From Rhina ancylostomus (Eukaryota): a stretch of DNA of 64,000 bases. Below the pieces are notes generated by a model. The model was not told the origin of the DNA. It did no database searches and saw only the letters and a list, made by a program, of their open reading frames with translations. The position numbers and the translations under genes were made by a program. Of the stretch, positions 1 to 12,259 are shown one piece after another. The first letter of the stretch is position 1. Each line of letters opens with the position of its first letter. The DNA is taken from assembly GCA_030265395.1 (NCBI GenBank), contig JARFYF010000001.1:135347406-135411405 (forward strand). The letters run 5' to 3'.

Positions 1-1664
1 GCTGGATTAAACACTGGAGTCCAAGGGGATCACAGTGATGTGATCTGGAGTCCCCTACACAATGTACTAACTGCTTGCCCCATTCGAAAAACACAAGTAC
101 TCAATCAAATCATTCTTGTGATGTGAATGCCATTGACAAAGACCAACATTTATTATCCTTTCTTGATTGCTGAGGGACAACTGAGTAGATGGCCTTTTTT
201 TTTTAGGCAAAAAGAAATTCAAGGAAATTTCTCTTGATTTAAGTGAACTTGAACCATCTTCAGACCATGGGAATGTGGAATCAAGGAGCTATGTCTTGTT
301 CACGAGGCATTTGAGCCCAGTATTCATTAATCCTGCACGTGCACAAGGAAATTTCAATAACCAACAGGAGAATTTACATCACCAGGAAACATAGGGAAGT
401 ATTGCAGTTAACATAATTAGGTGCTACAATCAATAATTATGCAATTAAATTGCTGGCATATTTCACTTGCACTGATGCAAGTTCATAGTTCTGCAACTGT
501 AATGGATCTGAGCCACAAAGAACTTTAGTTAGTCCATAAAAGGGATTCTGTGATCCTATGTTTACATGAAAACAATTTTAAACAGCAATTCATTGAGATA
601 TTTACACAGTTCAATCACACTAATCCATATATACACAGCATAAACACTAGCAATGCAGCAAGCTGTGCCTGCTCTGCTATGATTTTAAGTGTTTACATAA
701 TTTATAAACACTTCTTTAATAAATCTTTCAACCATGCCAATGACAATATGGTCAGATATTCACATGGAAGTTACACTAAGTGCGCTTGTGTAATATTTGA
801 TTCACACTGCACCAAGGTTATCACAGAATGGCAATAGGTTTGCACTTGTCCTTGTATTTATTATTGCCACCATCCATGTATAATGTTTACCTTGTGAACT
901 CATGCAAACATGGAATTTCATTGCACCCTGGTGTATACGATAATAAACTAATCTAATCAGGTGGCATCCATTTGGCCCACTGAGTTGTACCTGTTCTGAG
1001 AGAAATCCCCAGCCCCTCCCCAAATACCTGTGAAACCAGGAAGATACACAATGGAAGGGCTGATCAGAAGGTGCTCCTTTACATCAGGGCACTTGTAAGA
1101 AATTACAAACATTGAGTTACACCATAAATGGGAAATGTAATCAGAAAATGCTGAAAAATGTGATGTCAACTGCAGTGAGAAGTGGGATTAGTGTTTCAGA
1201 CTGATCTTTCGTCAGTTGATAACTACAGACCCAGGGAAGGGTGGGGATAAAGGAAATATTTTGGGTAGGAAAAAGAATAAAACCACACTGATAGCTAATG
1301 AGTCATACTGATGGTCTAACCAAGTATTAAAATAACTTCAAGACAAAGCAGGGTACCATACAATGGTAAATAATGTTACACTTTGCATGACCCAACTACT
1401 TGAAGTAAACTATTCACTGCTTCCAAAAACTTGATGCTGCCATTTTAACAGTTTTTGCATGTGCTAAGTGGAGAAATTTACCATTTTTAAAACTGCCAAA
1501 TATTGATGGCCCTGAGCAATGCTGCAAGATTCCAGTGCAATAACAATGTCACAAACACTGGGTAACCTTCTGAAACAGAACACTGTATGTGTGACAAGCA
1601 CAACAGAAGAGAAAGCACTTTAGCAGAGTACAAATCTGTCATGAGTAATGACACACTGATCTAA

Positions 1665-4600
1665 CAAGATATACTGAAAGTTTTTATTGAGAACATTTTA
1701 CAATTATCGGTTATTTTTAAGCAGTTATTGATTCTCCAGTGTCAATAATACAATGCATGTTGAAAACAATGCAAGAATAAAGTACACTTTCATAAACCAA
1801 TGGTGTTTGCAAAAATCACATTCAAGGTAAAAGGCTGATTAGATTTCAATACAAACATTACTGTACTCGGAGTCCTGTCAAAAAAGTACATTTATAACAT
1901 CTTGTGTACAAAAGAGCAGGTTATGTACAGAAGCAACAATTGAGTGATATCACTTGCACTAACAACACTGCAGTTTGATATTTCACTGTTAGGACCAAGA
2001 TCATTTGAATCAGAAACAAACTAAATTAAACACGATTGCTGGAATGTGCATTTATCACAGCAAAGGGAAACTTCACTTCCACCCTCTGCTGCTGCTCACA
2101 ATCAGGATTTTGTACATCTCCACAAATTGGGATTTGTAGTCCTTCGACATAATTTAGAGACTTTAAAAATATCTAACAATGAGTCATACAATACAAAATG
2201 GAGCCATTAATTCTGTGAGAGAAAACATCCCAAAGTCTCGTGAACATTTCCCAAGACTTGCTAAAGTTTATTACAGTTTTAATTATGAGCCCAATTATCT
2301 TTCGAGTTTCATGAACGTACACTGTGGTTGGATGACTGCACACCACTTTGGAGATTGCACCCTTCAGTGCGGCCTGAAAATTGCAAGTCAAAAACTTACT
2401 CTTGATTACAGTAACAACAGTCACAAACCAGTTTTAATCTGAAGTCAGGTATCAGGATGCTACACATTGCATTCAACATCAACACATTTGGATGACTTGT
2501 TTTTAAATGTGTGATTCAATTTAAAAAAAGGCTGCCTTTTCAAATGGATGTCTGGATTGAAGTTTGAAAACAGTCAAAGATTGCATGAAATGGCACTTCA
2601 TCTGTTAATTGCATGTTTGATGCTACCTGATTTCAACACGACCATTGCTACATTGCCAAACAGGAACAAACAACATAACACAAATGCATGGACTATAGAA
2701 ACCAAGGAAAAATTCTGGACATCAAATCATAAAGTTGGAACTGAATTGACACATGGATTAATCCACAAATTTGCCCTTCCGCTCACATGTGGCAAGTAGG
2801 TTACAGCAATTCTTTTAGTCTCCAAATATAACTTTTAAAGTCAATTTCTGTACTATGCATTTATCTGGTCCCTTGAAAAATATTTCACCTTCCTTACTTT
2901 AGTGACGTGGGAACGCACTTTAATGCTGGCCACTTGTGTGATGAAACTTGCATAAATAACAGTGCTCAAAGCACATCTCTTAAAGTCAACGTTAAATCGG
3001 GCAATGTTTTAATGTCAGGGCAGAACACCAGATGTTATGTAGGACAACAAATCAACATATTCAAGTTTTTTTTTTCATTCCCCCACTCCCAAGTCCTGCA
3101 ATTCCCATACTAAAATTGGCTAACCTCATTCTAACAAGGATCACATTTGTAAGGGGTACATTTGTTAACTAGCACCTCCCCTTCCTAACACTATATCACC
3201 CTGCCGTACCTGTACTGACCCTCTTTGCTTATATTTAAAAAAACAAGAGCAGCACTTTTGTTTAACAATGGTCTCAGGAGAAGTCCTTCAATGCCCAAAG
3301 TGTGCAAACCTGATCATGCAACCAGCCCTGGGAACCTTACAACTGGCCAAAGTGTTACCAATAGAAAAAAATGATCGCCCTCATTCGTGAAATAACAATG
3401 CAGTTTGTTACAAGAACAATCGACCTTTGCTGCCAATGTGCAAAGTTACAAAAGAATAATATTTTGAACCTAGGTTTAAGTGCATTTAAAAGTTTACAAT
3501 TTCATAGTTCCAGTCATACCTAAACATCAGTGTATAAATTTTTCTTAAACGTCTAAGTCCTTATTACTTGCTGCACTCCCATGAACACCTCAGACCATTA
3601 CCATTCATAGGTGGAGACAGCGGACATGCAAACTCTCAGTTTCTACTAGCCTGCATGAGTTGAACATGTACCATTTTACTCCCCCCGAGTTTCATTACAG
3701 CTTGGCTGAGATTGAGAGCACATTCTCTACAAATGCACTTTCAGGAAATAAAAGGAGTCTTTAGCAGAAAAGAACCCTTGCACATATAGAAAACGAGGTC
3801 ACATACAGAAGACCACCATTTACATTACTTAAATTCCAACAGTTTAACCCCCTTTCAAAATAAGTGATTTTTCCATCGAGGAAAGTAATTGCATTTTCTT
3901 TAAACATAGCAATATTAAAAGATTTATTTAATATATATAAAAAAGGTGTGCATAGCTTCAATTGCCATGTGCTTGTACAAGGGTCTCTGTATGGTCTTTC
4001 ATAACTGCCTCGACCATCAGTTGGAATCAGTACAACTACTGACTTGTCTCAAATTGGCAGCATCCTGATCATACAGCTAAAAATAACCGCACTCACGAGC
4101 TTAACATTTACATAGAACAAGGACAGGGAAAAGATTTAGACTTAAAATCAGAGCTAACTGATGATAGTGAAATTTTGGATGTACAAATATAACAAAAGCT
4201 TACGTTTATGAAACACTTCATGAAATTGTAAAGAATAATTTGCATGCCAAGATATCAAATGGCCTAAAGGTTTATAACAAAATTGAGGGTTTCTTTCATT
4301 AAATGGGCACGTACAATATTGCAATACTGAAACCCTCTTCTCAACCTCCAAGACCACCCGCAGTCACATTATAGGTGGGAGGCCAATTCCCAGAATAAGC
4401 ATACACTAGAACAGTGCGACAAATTTAGCCACAGAGCAAAGCATAAAATAAGCACCGGCGGAAGATATTCCTTTCAACTGCTCATCTAGTTTATGACATC
4501 ACCGGAAGATGATCAGCTTAAAAAAGTGTTCTTCACACTCCTGGACTATCAATTTTACCATCATTTTAGCGTGGAAGTAGTTTTGTTTTAAAAACACTAC

Positions 4601-7600
4601 AAGGTACCAGAGAAATAAACACTCAAGCATTCAGATGTTTACTGATTCACTGATATCTCGAGTGTTTAAAAGCTTAAAGGAAATCCTGGCAAGCCTATAC
4701 TACATAGCAACAGCCTACTCCAAGGTACACTCAGATATCCTTTAATAGATACATACAGCTTTCATGCACAGAATTCATAAAAAAAGGAGTAAACAGAGAC
4801 CTTCAGAACAAAACAGATTTCTCTATTTTGTTAAGTGGAATTTACATTTTTACCTTGATTTCCCCTAATAGGCTGTATATACCAGACTCGGCTGAAAATT
4901 GGGTATTCCTCCTCCTGGCTGGGAGGAGAGAAGCAAAATTGAAGACCATCATGGCCGTTCTTCACAAGGACAAAAAAGGACAGTCCACTAAGAGAGTAGG
5001 CTACAGGCAAACCTGACAAGGACAAGTACACAAGTGGAGACGTAGTGGGGGAAGGGTTAGAATTTGGAGGACTATTTACAGAATAAGCCTGTAGCTTTGA
5101 ATGGCTCTGGACAGCTTCTTGGGATGGTACTTTGCTTGCAGCAAGAATCTGGTCATGAATTGAACAAAAATCCATGATTCAAAAGGCCCAATATCTAGAA
5201 CTTCACACTCCTCTGGCAAGGGTGAAAAGTGAAAGCATGTGGAACATTCATCGCGAATTTACATTACAAACTACATAATTATGTTCTCTGTAAACAGATT
5301 GATCTAGAATCATGTAACAAAAAAAGTACATTTAGAATATACAGTCACAAACTGTCCAAGTGGCAATCCATTAAATGCAACTCACAACATAACTGAATTT
5401 AATGAGCAATGATAGGTAACTCCTACCTTTCTAAATTAAAATGTAACATGCCATAGGAACTAACTCTACATTTGCTTACAATGATTTGATGCTTTTTAAA
5501 AAGCCCTTCAACTGAAAGAAAGTGAATCTACTCAGTTAAGGAATCACAAACTCTGATCTGTATGATTCAGTACGAGTAGTTTACATGTATCTGTGCTCTG
5601 TGGAGAAGCTCAACCCTTAAAATTTCAGGTGAATTTTGTAAAGCGTTCACATTGATGTGGAAAGAGCAAAAACAAAACAGAATCAAAAAGGGGAATGATT
5701 ATAAAACACTGCTCAAGGAAGTAAAATATAGAATGCCAATATAGTGGTCAGGATTCCCAAAGTATATCTGTGTCATGCAACACACAAAATCTTCACTTTC
5801 ATATTTGGATACAAAATTTCCACTATATTCTCTAGTCCAGCCATCAAATTGACCATTCTTCGGATTTATTTTTCTCCCTTATTATTTTCCCTTTTCTGGA
5901 GGCATAGACTGTGTCCTTTTCAGGCACAAGGTGCCTTCTCCCAGCCGCCACCCATCCCCAACACTCAATCGTCTGAGCATGTGCCTGGTAAGTAGGCACT
6001 GCCAACATAATGCACAATTCTTATTCTGCCCTCACTCAAATCCACATATTTCAGGAGGGGGTCACCGGACAGCAACACTGATCAGGAATCCTGGTCATTT
6101 CCTACTTCCCCTGCGCACAGGGACAGCTAAAGCCCTGCGATGCAAAGAACTGCAGCACAACTAGGAAGATGCAGGCAGGGATCAGCCAGCTCAGCAACAG
6201 TGCCAGAACTTGCTTGCTTTGCATGCCTCAGATCCACACTGCACCATCAAGTCATTGGGCGGCTGTCTTCTTCAAATCAATGAGTGGAATTTCAAAAACT
6301 AGGCCAGAGGAAAGTCTGGGAACAAGATACAAGGGGTGTTGCTCCATTTGTACACAGAGACATTTCTCAGCTCAAATTTCAGAACAACTTCTTGGACACT
6401 GTTTCACTTTCTCTTCAACAATATAATGGCCAATGACTGGCCAGTGTGCCATCAAGTCTTAGTGCGACACTTCAGTGGGCATCATCAGCTCAACTCTAAA
6501 ACATGAACGAAGCAGAAGAAACAACTCCCCAGCCTTCCAGATAACCACATTCTCGCCCTGCCAGCCATGCTATTTGTGCAGAAATCATGCATCTCTCTAG
6601 CCAGTCAAAATTCTGGAAATTGTATGACCTTAAATGCTGTTCCAGAAACTCAAGGGTCAACCTAACAGCAAAGACAACATTCAGGAATGTGCCTTTCATT
6701 GTATAGCTGAGCCTTCATTTGATGCTTCTTGTACAGCAAATAACTAACAGAAAAACGAATGAAAAATATTCCATGTAGGTCAGGTAGAATGAATGACAAT
6801 TGTGGTGAGACAATTGTGCCTACTGCCTATTAAACAATTTAATAAGTAAATCTCATCTTCACATTGTTATTGCAGGAATGTCTTTTACAAAAATGTTACA
6901 ACCTGATGCATATTATTTGCACATACAGCACCCACAGTTCAAGCTTCCAAGGAGGTACCCACACCCCTTTCCACCACCCCATGGACCAAGGATATTCACC
7001 ACCAGTGTTTAGTGAAGGATTGATTGAAGCTCAGCAAATTGAACATAGGTTAGAACACACGCACACACTGATATCAATGGATCCAACGAGACTTTGATCG
7101 ATCTTAATAGTTGTTTTCTAAACAGATAATTTAAAATAAAAATTGCCAGAAAAAGAGAGTCAGGTCAAGGGTTTCAGGCACCCCGGTGTCCATTAGTGAG
7201 CTGAATGTTTGGGGAGTGGGGGTGGGGGTAGTGTTTGGAAGGGAAGGAAGCAAAGCAAGATCCTTCAGCTGCATTAACTGGAGAGAAGAAGCAACCTAAT
7301 AACACAGTGATGAAATCCCCTCTGCTTTTGGGGCAACTTGCAGTTTTCAGTGGATGGATATATCAAATTTTTGAAGCAAAACACAGAATAAACCATTTGT
7401 TCACAATTTAAAAATATCAAAAGCTCAAAGCATTGATAGTGAGTTCCTTACATTCTTCACTATTACTATTCAAAATTAAAATGTTTCTTCAGCATTTCCT
7501 TCAAAATTGACCAATTTTAAACTACATAATAGAAAACCACAATTCCTACAAGCATGGATTTTGTAAAGTGAAGGATAGCAAATCATTGAATTTACAGACA

Positions 7601-8298
7601 TCTAAACAAGATAGCTTTACACACACAAGCATGGACACTTGCAGGGAAGAGAGAGTGATTTGGTAATTCTAGCCATCACCAACATCAGCCTTAGGAGTTC
7701 TCGATCTTTCTTTTCCAATTGTACACCAACAAAAACACTTCACAATGATCTAGGTATGGGTTGTTTGAAATTTAGACTTACCCGGACCAGCCATCCCTCC
7801 TCTGCCAAATTCCTGAAAATTATAATCAACATGTGCAGGACCAAATTGTAAAGGATCAAGATTAGTTAGTGTACTTGTTGAATTGCTTTCTTTGGCAGGG
7901 GAGGGGGTGCTTGGGGAGGGAAGGTNNNNNNNNNNNNNNNNNNNNNNNNNNNNNNNNNNTATCAGCAGGGATTTCGTGGCTGTGAGCAGGGGTCTCGTTT
8001 TTGCTTGATGTGCTTTGCAGCTCACATTTGGCAAGGCTTGAGGGTTAGAAACTCTGATCAGGTGCCCCATTTGTTTTGGTTTCTCAAGTGATGTTGAAAA
8101 CCTGTACACACACCTTGTTAATGAAACACAAATGGCTTTAAAGGCATCAAATGTGCCCATTCACTAAGTTCAGTTTAGGTTTTTCCCCCCCAAAAATATA
8201 AATAGATGTGAAAATTCAAAGCATAAAGCAGCAGAGTGGAATCGAACTGAAAACCAAGACTTGGACATGCAAGTGCTTGTCTAACCACGGGGAATTCT
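1665..8298 (-). other. SPTLC2: Probable long SPTLC2 3'UTR (~6.6 kb)
   Basis: Follows the stop codon, is AT-rich and is much poorer in recognisable retroelements than the introns. Ends near an AATAAA with good context. The end point is inferred. Confidence 0.55.
1683..1688 (-). terminator. Candidate distal polyadenylation signal AATAAA
   Basis: TTTATT on the + strand. Several UGUA elements upstream in the sense orientation (~1700-1930) and a GU/U-rich tract downstream (TCTTGTTAGATCAGTGTGT). Alternative AATAAA sites at 2267, 3923 and 5865. Confidence 0.5.
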
Positions 8299-8418
8299 TC
8301 AATCCTCATTTTCTTCATAGGTGGTTTCATCAGATGGGTGGTCATTTAAAGGCTCTAACTTGTGTCGTGAGTATTTCAACTGTAGGAGGTCACCAACCTC
8401 TCCTATCACCTTTAAAGC
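8299..8418 (-). CDS. SPTLC2: SPTLC2 terminal coding exon with stop codon; not in the ORF track
   Basis: Acceptor tgttttttag|[45 protein letters not shown] at 8299-8301. The acidic DETTYEE-ED tail is typical of SPTLC2 rather than SPTLC3. Confidence 0.96.
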   Translation of the reverse strand, partial: ALKVIGEVGDLLQLKYSRHKLEPLNDHPSDETTYEENED

Positions 8419-10079
8419 CTAAAAAACAAACAAAATATTAATATGCAAAAAGAAACTGTACAAGAACAGCTATAAATTAAAGATGCAATGTTCCTATCCT
8501 CACCGTAACCCCTCATCTCTCTGGTAAGCAACTCATTTACTTGATAATAGTATTGAAATGGATTTATCCTGTGATCTTGCATCTTACAAATATTTGAAGT
8601 ACAGGCACTGCAGCAAAGATGAAAACAGCAAAAAGGAGCTATCCAGCTCCCACAAACACAAGTATATTTTTAATTGAAGTTAATTGTAAAGTATAAATAT
8701 TAGTCAGGATACCAGAGATAACAGCTCTGGTTGTATATCAAAGTAAAGAAAGAGAATGCATATGTCTTGTGTAGATAAATGTAAAGTTAAAACAGTATAG
8801 TTTAATTTTCAGATATGTCCAAAAGCAACACTAATGACATGCATCTGGCAAGATGTTACAACAGCCCTAATATGCTTGACAGGAGCCTGGAGCTCCCAGA
8901 TCACAAGGCTGTGGTGAGTGGAGGGATCCAGGGCAAACAATGGCCAATAACAATATAAAGTCATCTCAAAGCCAGCCCTTTCAAAGAAAGCATGCTCAAA
9001 GGTGGAATCAAAATAACTCAAAAGGCATCAATGGAATGCTCATGTGAAATTTCTTGAATAAACTGCAGCCAAGTTATAGGGAGTTGATCCACTGATATTG
9101 GCCAGGCTCATACAGTGCAGCAAGAATTTAATTGCCAAATATAATTTTGCTGGAAGTTTTGGACATTTACAAAACAACCATCTCTGAAGAAATCTAATAC
9201 CTTCATCCTTGACAACTTGATAAAAGCTGCATCAAATAGAGTAACAGGATTCAATTTAAACTCTAGTCATTTCTTCATTTGCCGAATAATTTTGAAGTTA
9301 GTGTTTCCATGACTGGCGAAGTGGGTGGCATAGATGTCTGACAGTACAAACTAAATCCAAAAGTACAAAAAAAACTCAAATATGAAATACAAATATTAAT
9401 TGTACAGGAAATGCAATGGAAAATGCCAACTATGGGGCTAGGCAGCTTTAAGCAAATTATTAGCAGGTGAAGATAATATTCAATGTTGGTGAACAAAATG
9501 CATTAAGCAAATTGATAGTGACTCAAACAGGGCTTTGCACAGGAAGTTAAATTTGAGGGTGGCTGGGAATGTGCACCTTGTGTTACTGTGCAAATATCTG
9601 GGAAGGAGGAAGTGGGGGTCCGAGCTCTGCTTTTAAACTGATAAACAATGGGAAGGTAGTGGAAGAGAAATTGACCTCTATTTCAAACCATGGCAAATTT
9701 GTAATGAGCCTGTAACCAATTCATAAGGATGTGCAACCAGTTTGTAGGATTTGCCAGCATAACTATTACTGGGCTATAAAAATAATTTGGGTGATGCACT
9801 TAAATATGTGCAGACATAAAAAACTAGATAAAGCACTATTCAACACAGTAAAAAGATTTGTACAGAATGTTTTGGATAATCTTGCATTACAACTGCAGGC
9901 AAGGGGACAGAGATTTAGTTGCAAATAAACTACAGAGACACATATGTGACATGGGTTAGATATAAACTATAAATTATAAATGCCTCCCATCCCATTCAGA
10001 AAATAATTTGCAATCCCAAACTAATGTGAGTGATGGCAGCACGAGTAGGTCAACTTTTCAGAACTAGGTAGTCTAAAGC

Positions 10080-10480
10080 AGAAAGTTGATCATCAGGTAT
10101 GGCTCTCCCCCCACCAACAAGGAGATCTACAAGAGATATCCATCAGGGACCCCTACCATCCAGGCCATGCCCTCTTCTCGATGCTGCCATTGAGCAAGAG
10201 GTACAAGAGCCTGAAGACTCATACCTCAAAGTTCAACAATGACTTCTTCCACACTGCCATCAGGTTCTTGAAGTGACATGAGAAACCCCAGTTCTTCTTT
10301 GGGCTATATTTCTTTACACCTTTCTCAACCTGCACTAGTGTCATTATATTTTGTCATGCATGTATAATTTATGTTAGTTTGTTAACTTATGTTCGTTATG
10401 TTTATAATGTACTGGGCTGATGCTGCAAAAGCACTAATTTTCATGGCATTTATACCCTGGGTATGCTTATGACAGGAAGT
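10080..10480 (+). mobile_element. Rex1/Babar-type LINE 3' fragment
   Basis: Encodes IRDPYHPGHALFSMLPLSKRYKSLKTHTSKFNNDFFHTAIR, the Rex/Babar ORF C-terminal motif. Confidence 0.8.
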
Positions 10481-12259
10481 CTGCATTGTGTACAGCCACT
10501 AACCCTGACACCACATCCAGAAATGGCCAGGGAGAGGTCTGCCACGATTGTTGTGGTATTCAGTACTATTCATTTCCTGGGGAAATAGAGCTCCATGGTA
10601 TCAGCTGTCACCACAATTACTCAAAGCAAGAGATGAGCCACCCATTGTAGGAATTTCATCCTGCTCAGTTAGGTCGTTCCTCATCATGCAGCAATGTTTT
10701 ATCAGGATACTAGACTGTGGATTATGTTTGGTAACAGCCAAATGCCATCACAAAGCCTTGGAACAGTGTCCCACTTCTGAAAAACTTAAATGGCTTAAAA
10801 AATAAGTTAGAGTTGAAATTCAAGGAAAACAAGAATTTTTGGGTCGATCCAACACAGAATACTTTGGCAGTACTTAATGAGATTTTATTTAAAACAATAT
10901 TCAGTACATGACCCTTGAGGGAAATGCATGCTGAAATGTGCATGTCGCTGGGCCAGAGGCACCAACATACTCATCTCATTTTTGGCTCTCATTGACTGTA
11001 AAGTGCCATTGCTCTTGACCACATGTTGTATTATTCATTCAGTGGTCATACCACAGGAAACTTTTTGGATCAGAAAAACAGATCCATGGCACCAGAATCA
11101 AATAGCAACTTGTCCACTCAAGTTTTCGGGCCATTACACACAGACTACCAAAACTTGGCACTGAATCATTCAGATTAGAACAAAACTTTTTGCTTTCCTG
11201 CTGATAGGGTTTAGCAAGTTGATATCTTGCAGAAATTCCAAAATATCCTGATATTGGATTCTCTGGATACGTGGTGTTGCACACCAAAACTTAAGGCACA
11301 AAAATACAAATCCAGTAGAGTTCCATGCAATGCAAAGAGCAAAGGTAGATCCAGATCTTTGTTTGGATGACAGGTTGTCTATCTCACTGATTACTCTTGT
11401 AATTTACTGCAAATATGTTGGTGTGATTCATCAGCATTTACTGAAAATACTCCCAATGATGGATGCTCACCTGATAATGGACTGTTACTTGAAAACAAAA
11501 TGAGAAAAATATAATGGGGAAGAGTTTTAACAGCCTCACAAGGCAATCCAGTAAATTCTTATTTCAAGATTCTGCCGAGAGATTTCAGTAAGATGGGCCC
11601 CCATACACACAACAGGATAATGACCTTGGTGGAATGGTGGAGAATAACAGAGGAAAAAAATAACAGCATGTCCAGACTCTTGCACTTTGCTGAATAAAAT
11701 CATTACAGAAGTGATTAAGTAGACTGTTCTTCTGCGGTACTTGCCAAATAAACAGATCTTGACATCTTTTGACAATTATATGGAGTTCATTAGACAATCT
11801 TAAAAGCCTACCGCCAATGCTTTAAACAAAATTTAATCAGTGTAACACGAGACTCCCTCGTGGATTAAGTTGCCACTGCCATGTGGTACTGATTTGGTTA
11901 TTTTGTTTAAATAAAATGGAGTATTTTATGAACTTCAGGATATAATAGGCTTTCTAATTTAAAATAAAGCACCATATGATTGCAACAACTACAAAGAGTA
12001 TATTATTCAGGCATGCACAATTGTATGAATACGGTGAATGTATTTTTAAGGTACATAATGTCAGGGTATTAGATTGTTTCTTACTTAACTTCCATTTTTG
12101 ACTAAAATTCTCAGAGCGTTGGATTTTGATAAGTATTTCTTTTGACAAACATTTCAGAGTCACTACTGAAAAGCACAACCACAATTTAACCATATTGGCA
12201 CACACAAACATGCACTGCACATAACTTAGCACTTTGTTCCTGTAAATGTTGTTCCACAT

